Below, piece by piece: positions 58,045 to 64,000 of a stretch of DNA of 64,000 bases. Each line of letters begins with the position of its first letter. Positions within the stretch are counted from its first letter, which is position 1. Location of the stretch: IMG/VR virus record IMGVR_UViG_3300021399_000111, positions 1-64,000 of that record; one strand, 5' to 3'. A program made the position numbers and the translations under genes. The stretch is from a virus. Its lineage: Duplodnaviria; Caudoviricetes. The notes under the pieces were generated by a model. That model was given only the letters and a program-made list of their open reading frames with translations. It had not been told where the DNA came from and searched no databases.

Positions 58045-58265
58045 CTCACTAACTCTATTTGTCCAACTGTTAAATTATTACCAGTAACAATAGGGATTCC
58101 ATAAAAACGAGGTAGACTATTGTTTGTAAATAATGGTTTTACATAACCGCCTTCTCGAAGCATTCTTAATGTTTCTTCATGCATTATAATATATTTGCAT
58201 TCTGGATCATTAACTACAGCATCTCTAAATGCTATAAAATTTATTGAAAGAATATTTATTTTCAT
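58041..58265 (-). CDS. hypothetical protein (74 aa)
   Basis: Coupled ORF. Confidence 0.55.
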   Translation of the reverse strand: MKINILSINFIAFRDAVVNDPECKYIIMHEETLRMLREGGYVKPLFTNNSLPRFYGIPIVTGNNLTVGQIELVR

Positions 58266-58277
58266 TTTTACTTTCCT

Positions 58278-59435
58278 TTATTTTCTTGAGTCATAATATT
58301 CTTTTTCATTTTCTGGTGTTAATAAAAATCTTGTTGTTTCAAGTTTAAGATCATTTAAATCATATTCTGCATCGTAAGGAATGCGAATAATTGGAATATT
58401 ATTTTCAAAGCAATAATGATTTTTAATTAAATCACTTTGTCTTGTTCGTTCAAAATGTTCTTGAGTATCCCATCCACTATTTTTATAAAAGAAATGTTGA
58501 CTTCCATCAAATTCAATAATATATTGATTATTTATATAAAAATCAAAAGATCTTTTTCTTCCATTAGTTGGATATAATTTGTTCAATTTTTCATCTATGT
58601 ATTCTCTTATAAAAGGTAAATGTAATTGAGATAACATATTATTAATATATTCTTCATTATAAGAAATATTTCTTCCACATCCACAACTTTTAATGCTTCC
58701 ATTTGCTAATCTAGTACTAGCTACAATATGATGAGGAGTACCACAATCACATTTACAATCGTATAAAATACTTCCTCCAGAAGAATATTGATTATTAAAT
58801 TTTGACAATACAGTTAATTTACCAAATCTATCTCCTGGATTAATTTGTAAATATTTTCTACAACCACAACTTTTTACTGCTCCTGTGGTTAAATCTCTAG
58901 TAGAAATATTTTTTTCTTTACCGCATTTACATTTACAATGCCAATATCTTTGTCCATTTTTATTAAAAGCAAAATTAATAACTGTTAAATCATTATAAAT
59001 TTGATTAGTTAAATCTTCTAAAGGTTTACCATGATATACATGAGATAAACAACCACATGATTTGACTTCTCCAGATGTTAAATTTCCATTGCTAACCCAT
59101 GTTTCATTTCCACAATCACAAATACATTTAATATAAGTTTTTCCATTTTGTACTTTTCTTTCTGAGGTGCAAGTTAGAATTCCAAAACGTAAATTAGTAT
59201 AATCTTTTTGTTGAGCTTTATGTTGACATTCTTCACATTGTTGAGAAAATTCTCCCCCTCTAAGACGACTATAATTACCACATTTGCATTGAGCAACCCA
59301 CATAGGACGTCTTGGGTCTTTTGTTCTATATAATATTATCCAATTATTAATTTTTTGATTAGTATAATCTGTAGCTCGTCCAACTGGAATAGGCTCCCAT
59401 ATTAATTGAGCTTCTTTTAATGTTTTAATTACCAC
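58278..59435 (-). CDS. putative free-standing homing endonuclease (CxC Zn repeats plus Vsr-like nuclease)
   Basis: Four repeats of DxT..RFG.LTV...CxCxCG...L..G.VKSCGC; C-terminal FDFYI...IEFDGSQHF...D..KN.YC....I.IIRIPY. Confidence 0.75.
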   Translation of the reverse strand: MVIKTLKEAQLIWEPIPVGRATDYTNQKINNWIILYRTKDPRRPMWVAQCKCGNYSRLRGGEFSQQCEECQHKAQQKDYTNLRFGILTCTSERKVQNGKTYIKCICDCGNETWVSNGNLTSGEVKSCGCLSHVYHGKPLEDLTNQIYNDLTVINFAFNKNGQRYWHCKCKCGKEKNISTRDLTTGAVKSCGCRKYLQINPGDRFGKLTVLSKFNNQYSSGGSILYDCKCDCGTPHHIVASTRLANGSIKSCGCGRNISYNEEYINNMLSQLHLPFIREYIDEKLNKLYPTNGRKRSFDFYINNQYIIEFDGSQHFFYKNSGWDTQEHFERTRQSDLIKNHYCFENNIPIIRIPYDAEYDLNDLKLETTRFLLTPENEKEYYDSRK

Positions 59436-59440
59436 ATTTA

Positions 59441-60625
59441 CTACCTCAACAGAACTAGTTTTTTTTCGGATCTAGTACAAGCTGTGTATAGCCAGCGCTT
59501 ATGCTCTTCACGGTCAAATGGGAAGTTTTCTTCTAGAACCACTACTTTTTCAAATTGGCTACCTTGACTCTTGTGGCACGTGATCACGTACCCGTATGTA
59601 AAAGCTCTAGGTGTGATATCTCCAATTCGAGGCTTTAATCTCCCTAAAGCATATGATTCCCGCCAATCGAGGAAAGGCTCTCCTGTCTCAATCATATATT
59701 TATCCATATCTACATGAGAAAAGACTTCTCCATCATCTGTAGTAAATTCACCTTGAATTAATGGAATTCTATGGTCTCTCATTTTGACATATCTTGGTGC
59801 ATCTCTAAATGTTTCAAATGGATTATGAATTATGCCAGTCATTCCATTAACTAAAGCTAGTTCACCAGAATCACTGATGTCGTCCCAATAGTTCCTGAGA
59901 CAGATCATTTTTTCCCCATCCTGAGGAAGTGGACCGCAAAAACCTAATAAATTTCGCATTAGATTATTTATACTTATTCTTGTTGCATTAGTAGCACAAA
60001 TAACTTGATCTGCCCAAGTGAGGTGTCCAGTTACAAGTTCCTGTTTAGGAATAACCATAACTTCTTTACCTTGCATATAAGGTATTTTTTCTCCATTACG
60101 GATTTTCATTGTAAGTTGAATAATCTCAGATTCTGCCGCTTGACGCATGATCTCGTCAAGAAATACATGTGGTCTGGCTAAAAGATCATGAGATTCAGAC
60201 TTGTCTATCATTGGGAGTTGACCGGGGTCGCCTAGGAACACGACAAATACTTTATGCTTCAAGAGCATCTCTACCATAGATTTAGGAACCATAGAACATT
60301 CATCTACTACAATAATATCATATTCTAGCATGAGTTTCGGTTTTCTAAAAAAACCTCCGCCTGGTTTAGGTATTGAATCATATAGCAACTTATGAAGAGT
60401 CATAGCATTTTTGTTGCCTTTACGACGAAGTACTTCCGCAGCCTTACCAGTAAATGAAACATATGCAACTCTATCTTCATCTACATCAAGCGCATCTATG
60501 ATAAATTTAACCAGGGTAGTTTTTCCTGTACCTGCATATCCGCCGACTACTACATACTTAAAGCCAGCTTTATATCTATCTAATGCAATTTTAAGTCCTT
60601 CTTCTTGTTTTGTTGTTAAAGTCAT
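59441..60625 (-). CDS. SF1B helicase, RecD/Dda-like
   Basis: GYAGTGKT, FTGKAA, VVDECSM, GDPGQL, MRQ, TCHKSQGSQF, LYTACTR; promoter at 60685-60657. Confidence 0.9.
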   Translation of the reverse strand: MTLTTKQEEGLKIALDRYKAGFKYVVVGGYAGTGKTTLVKFIIDALDVDEDRVAYVSFTGKAAEVLRRKGNKNAMTLHKLLYDSIPKPGGGFFRKPKLMLEYDIIVVDECSMVPKSMVEMLLKHKVFVVFLGDPGQLPMIDKSESHDLLARPHVFLDEIMRQAAESEIIQLTMKIRNGEKIPYMQGKEVMVIPKQELVTGHLTWADQVICATNATRISINNLMRNLLGFCGPLPQDGEKMICLRNYWDDISDSGELALVNGMTGIIHNPFETFRDAPRYVKMRDHRIPLIQGEFTTDDGEVFSHVDMDKYMIETGEPFLDWRESYALGRLKPRIGDITPRAFTYGYVITCHKSQGSQFEKVVVLEENFPFDREEHKRWLYTACTRSEKKLVLLR

Positions 60626-60697
60626 TTTTATCCTCTTTCATTTTTCTTACATAATAATTATATCATAATTTTTATAAAAAGTCAAAAAAGGGAGACC

Positions 60698-61498
60698 TTA
60701 GTCTCCCTTTAAAACTATATCTAACAACTCTTCTGATAAATATCTCTCAAGAATTTTTAAATTATCCTGTCCAGTTCCTTTAAAAAATTCTTCTGCCACA
60801 CCTCCGCCGATAGCACCAAGTGTATCCATATCACAGGGAAGTGACATTACATTTCTCATAAAACCTTCCCAATTATTTGACTCAAGGAAACATCTCATTG
60901 CGGGAGCCACTGAACCTTGACAGGTAACATCCCATTTATAAATATCTCTCATTTCGCTTAAATCTAATGAAATAGGATATTTATATTTATCTATATTACT
61001 GTAAAATCTTTTTATATAATCAAAGATTTCTACTTTTGTTTTTCCATGCTTTGCCGCCCATACACAAACTGCGGTAACGCATGCTCCTTTGATTCCTTCA
61101 GAATGGTTATGTGTCACCATTGCAGAGCGTTTAGCTTGTTCAACAACATCATTTATATCATCATAATATTCGCCAATGAAAGAGCATCGCATGGCGGAAC
61201 CATTGCCAAAGGATCCGTAAGGTTGAGGTTTAGGAGAATGAAGCCACTCTTTAAATTTAGGACCGTAGCCTGAAGTGTACTTATTTCCAAATTCGTAATA
61301 AGCATTAAAAAAATCTGGATTCTTTGGGTTCTTGAGTATTGCATCTTTTGTTGCAACACTTAAGATAGTATCATCAGTAAATCTACATTTATCAGTAAAA
61401 AGAGGCACATTCTGCCAATCTAAATCTGTTGGACGCATACGAGAAAACTCATACTGAGAACCGCTTATATCACCGAGTATCGCTCCTATTAATGCCAT
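60698..61498 (-). CDS. ADP-ribosylglycohydrolase (DraG/ARH family)
   Basis: GAILGDISG, FTDDT, GNGSAMR, VTH, DMDTLGAIGG. Confidence 0.9.
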   Translation of the reverse strand: MALIGAILGDISGSQYEFSRMRPTDLDWQNVPLFTDKCRFTDDTILSVATKDAILKNPKNPDFFNAYYEFGNKYTSGYGPKFKEWLHSPKPQPYGSFGNGSAMRCSFIGEYYDDINDVVEQAKRSAMVTHNHSEGIKGACVTAVCVWAAKHGKTKVEIFDYIKRFYSNIDKYKYPISLDLSEMRDIYKWDVTCQGSVAPAMRCFLESNNWEGFMRNVMSLPCDMDTLGAIGGGVAEEFFKGTGQDNLKILERYLSEELLDIVLKGD

Positions 61499-61514
61499 TT
61501 TATTCTCCCTCTTT

Positions 61515-61712
61515 TTAACTTATTACTGTATGATTTCCCAATATACAATTACAATTTCCACTTCCGCCATTAGAAGGATAATTAGGACAAGTTATACACG
61601 GTGATGGAGGATTGCTGTTAGCCATAGGATTAAAGGTTGGTACTAAATCTCCATTAAAAAACATATTACCATTATCATCTACTTCTATAATAATTTTTGT
61701 TATAGTTTTCAT
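61515..61712 (-). CDS. small Cys-rich protein
   Basis: CITCPNYPSNGGSGNCNCIL. Confidence 0.6.
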   Translation of the reverse strand: MKTITKIIIEVDDNGNMFFNGDLVPTFNPMANSNPPSPCITCPNYPSNGGSGNCNCILGNHTVIS

Positions 61713-61713
61713 A

Positions 61714-63528
61714 TCAAAACCCCCATTGACTTAATATATCATTTTCAGTAACTATTTCATAATCTACCATAATTAATTGTGGATCAATTTGGTAATTCCA
61801 TTCATTCTTAACACATTTACATACTGCATTAATTTTACAAGGTTTAGATTGGAACATTTCAATTTCTTCCTCTGTTCCACCAAACTGAATAATATCTGCC
61901 TTAGGCCCACAATATTTTAAAGTATTAGATTTCATAACTTTAAAAGTATTGCTATTTACAGGAATATTTTTTATATAAACATATGAACGACTTATGTTTT
62001 GTCCCCAATAATCATTCATATCCGCAATCTCAAGAATTTTTTCTCCGTCTATTGAATTATAATCCCAAACATAATCTACATAATAACTAGGTTCGGAAGA
62101 AAGGTCTTTAAGTATTTCATCGGTGTAGTCAATAAATTGATATATATAATCTCCTGCTACTTCTTCTTCTCCAGGATAATCATATCCTAAGCCAAGTCCG
62201 AATGCACCTTGATGTCCTTCTGCGAAGATACATCCTGGGGCTGCTGCACAGATATCTTTAAACATCATATCCGCGCCATAACCACGAGCAGAACCTTGAT
62301 AAGAAGTTTTTCCTTCATTGTTGACTACTTTTGTTAAAATAGCAACAGGACGCTGATATTTTGCCATAAATTTATTAGCAACTAATCCAGCAATATTACG
62401 ATCCACTTCTCCTGGTTCAAGCAAAAATAAAAGAACTTTATGTTCCATCATATGATTTTTTTCAATTAAGCCTTCAAGATGTTCAATACCAGCTTCTTCT
62501 GCTCTTGTTTGACGATTTTTTACATTAGTACAAGTTCGCATAGCTTGATCTACTAATCTTTCTTGCTCTCCTAATTTATGGCCTCTTTTGTTAGATAATA
62601 TCATTTTAAATGCTTTATTTTTTAACATTGATTGAAATATTAAATTCTTTTCATCAAATGTCCCACTTCTAACAATAGCATTAACGAATGGAGCAATAAA
62701 GAAAGCAGCCCCCATTGGTGTTAATTGTAAATCATTATAACTAGAAGGTTTATAATCTGGCTTACTAAGTGGAAAAGCATTTTTTTCTGCGATAGCAAAT
62801 ATAAATGGATTTTTAATATTCTTAGATTTAAAACCTTCAAATATTAAAGTTTTTGTTTCTATTGATTTAAGGCTCATCATATCTGCCATATTACCAAGAG
62901 CAACAAGATCTAAATAATTTTCAGCATAATTATTTCCACTAATTTTATCTAAATATCTACAAAATTGCCATACTACTCCGACTCCAGATAAATCTTTATT
63001 TGGATATGAGGATAACTGATTATTAATAATACAAGCATAGTCAGAATTAAGATATTCTGCTTCATGGTGGTCTAAAATTAATATATCTATACCAGCTTCT
63101 TTTAATTTAGCATGCTGTTCAAAATCATTGCTTCCTGCATCTGGAACTATAATAAATTTAAATTCTCCTTCATAAATAATATCCATTGCATCTGATAGAC
63201 CATGCTGTTTTCCTTCATGCAAATAATATTCAAGATGTTCTTCTACAAAAGTAGGAAAACAATCATATAAATAATTTATTAACAATGCGGAGGATGTAAA
63301 TCCATCACAGTCTGCATCAACTATAATTAATGTTTTATCATTTGCGGCAACGTGGCTTACTAGCATCCGAGAAGCTTGTGAAAGGAGTTCTTGACCAAAA
63401 GCCTCAGGAGGATTAACATCTTCCATTGTTGATTCAAGATACTTCTTTATATTTGGAATACCTCTATTATGAAGCACTTGTGTAAGTGCTGAATTATATG
63501 TTGGTTGTTCAATTAATTTTACTTTCAT
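61714..63528 (-). CDS. recJ: RecJ-like ssDNA exonuclease (DHH family)
   Basis: DADCDG, PDAG, LDHH, SGVGV, DLVALG..ADMM, GSARG, GH..AFG. Confidence 0.9.
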   Translation of the reverse strand: MKVKLIEQPTYNSALTQVLHNRGIPNIKKYLESTMEDVNPPEAFGQELLSQASRMLVSHVAANDKTLIIVDADCDGFTSSALLINYLYDCFPTFVEEHLEYYLHEGKQHGLSDAMDIIYEGEFKFIIVPDAGSNDFEQHAKLKEAGIDILILDHHEAEYLNSDYACIINNQLSSYPNKDLSGVGVVWQFCRYLDKISGNNYAENYLDLVALGNMADMMSLKSIETKTLIFEGFKSKNIKNPFIFAIAEKNAFPLSKPDYKPSSYNDLQLTPMGAAFFIAPFVNAIVRSGTFDEKNLIFQSMLKNKAFKMILSNKRGHKLGEQERLVDQAMRTCTNVKNRQTRAEEAGIEHLEGLIEKNHMMEHKVLLFLLEPGEVDRNIAGLVANKFMAKYQRPVAILTKVVNNEGKTSYQGSARGYGADMMFKDICAAAPGCIFAEGHQGAFGLGLGYDYPGEEEVAGDYIYQFIDYTDEILKDLSSEPSYYVDYVWDYNSIDGEKILEIADMNDYWGQNISRSYVYIKNIPVNSNTFKVMKSNTLKYCGPKADIIQFGGTEEEIEMFQSKPCKINAVCKCVKNEWNYQIDPQLIMVDYEIVTENDILSQWGF

Positions 63529-64000
63529 TAATAAATATTTATTCTATCCTTAAATAATTTAAGGAATATCTCCTTTCCGCAGTCTGTGGGACTACATTTC
63601 ATTCCTGTTAAATGTTTTTTATCCCAAATAAAAGAGATATTTACAAAACTTCCATATTTTTTATGTATATTTTTTAAATTTTTAATTTTTAATTTTGCTT
63701 TATCACTATTGACATCATAAAAATCATGGTCAAGCCCTATAATAATTTCTTTCACTCCAAGATTAATTAGCAACCATGCTTGATAATTAATAAAAGAGCT
63801 GCCGCACATAGCAACTGCAATATTATTTTCTTGACCAAACATTGTTGCATATTGAAGAACAGATTTTTCTGACTCTAATACAATAGCTTTTTTAATCTTC
63901 TTTATATTATTCTGATTTTGATATAATCCATAAAGATTAAATGAAAGTGGATGATTATACATTTTTCCACCTAATTTCATTGGTAAATATTTTCCATATC
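63528..64000 (-). CDS. DNA primase, C-terminal Toprim part (5' end probably outside window)
   Basis: NLYGL...AIVLESEKS...AMCGS...IIIGLDHD; frame open to the window edge. Confidence 0.7.
   Translation of the reverse strand, partial: YGKYLPMKLGGKMYNHPLSFNLYGLYQNQNNIKKIKKAIVLESEKSVLQYATMFGQENNIAVAMCGSSFINYQAWLLINLGVKEIIIGLDHDFYDVNSDKAKLKIKNLKNIHKKYGSFVNISFIWDKKHLTGMKCSPTDCGKEIFLKLFKDRINIY

Noticed and set aside
6924-61359. Short antisense or overlapping ORFs inside large genes (e.g. 7754-8059, 12407-12715, 14183-14458, 49086-49346, 53181-53468, 54938-55210)
   Set aside because: These are shadow ORFs without RBS or motifs, explained by the codon bias of the real genes.
1-64000. Stop-codon reassignment, tRNA genes, introns/inteins, diversity-generating retroelement
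   Set aside because: Long genes are intact in the standard code and TAA, TAG and TGA all end genes. No cloverleaf, intein motif or reverse transcriptase was seen by eye; a tRNAscan run would be needed to exclude tRNAs.

Overview
This window is 64 kb of a large, AT-rich (roughly 30% GC by eye) tailed dsDNA phage using the standard genetic code. The host is probably a motile anaerobic Firmicute, most likely Lachnospiraceae-like. That inference rests on the sigma-A consensus promoters, the anaerobic NrdD and the Lachnospiraceae-type flagellin. There are three blocks. (1) 1-5.2 kb is a dense array of small minus-strand genes, nearly all with their own near-consensus sigma-A promoter and the same AAAGAGAGGT ribosome-binding site (RBS). 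Seven copies of a composite element punctuate it: TTGCACAAA..TTTGTGCAA palindrome, plus-strand promoter, GC-rich hairpin, terminator. This looks like an array of convergent small RNAs. (2) 5.6-46.6 kb (+) is a siphovirus morphogenesis module resembling the SPbeta yonF-yonB gene order. It holds terminase, portal, protease/scaffold, capsid, neck, a tail tube with a clear -1 frameshift extension, a 2960-aa tape measure, tail tip and fibre proteins, holins and RuvC. (3) 46.7-64 kb (-) holds replication and nucleotide genes: dut, nrdD, dnaE, a RecD/Dda-like helicase, an ADP-ribosylglycohydrolase, recJ and a primase. It also contains a complete flagellin gene with a sigma-A promoter and a retained CsrA-type leader. 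The most notable items are the repeat/sRNA cassette array, the phage flagellin unit, the tail-tube frameshift and an apparently window-wide excess of GCGG/CCGC. All product calls come from motif recognition by eye, not database searches.
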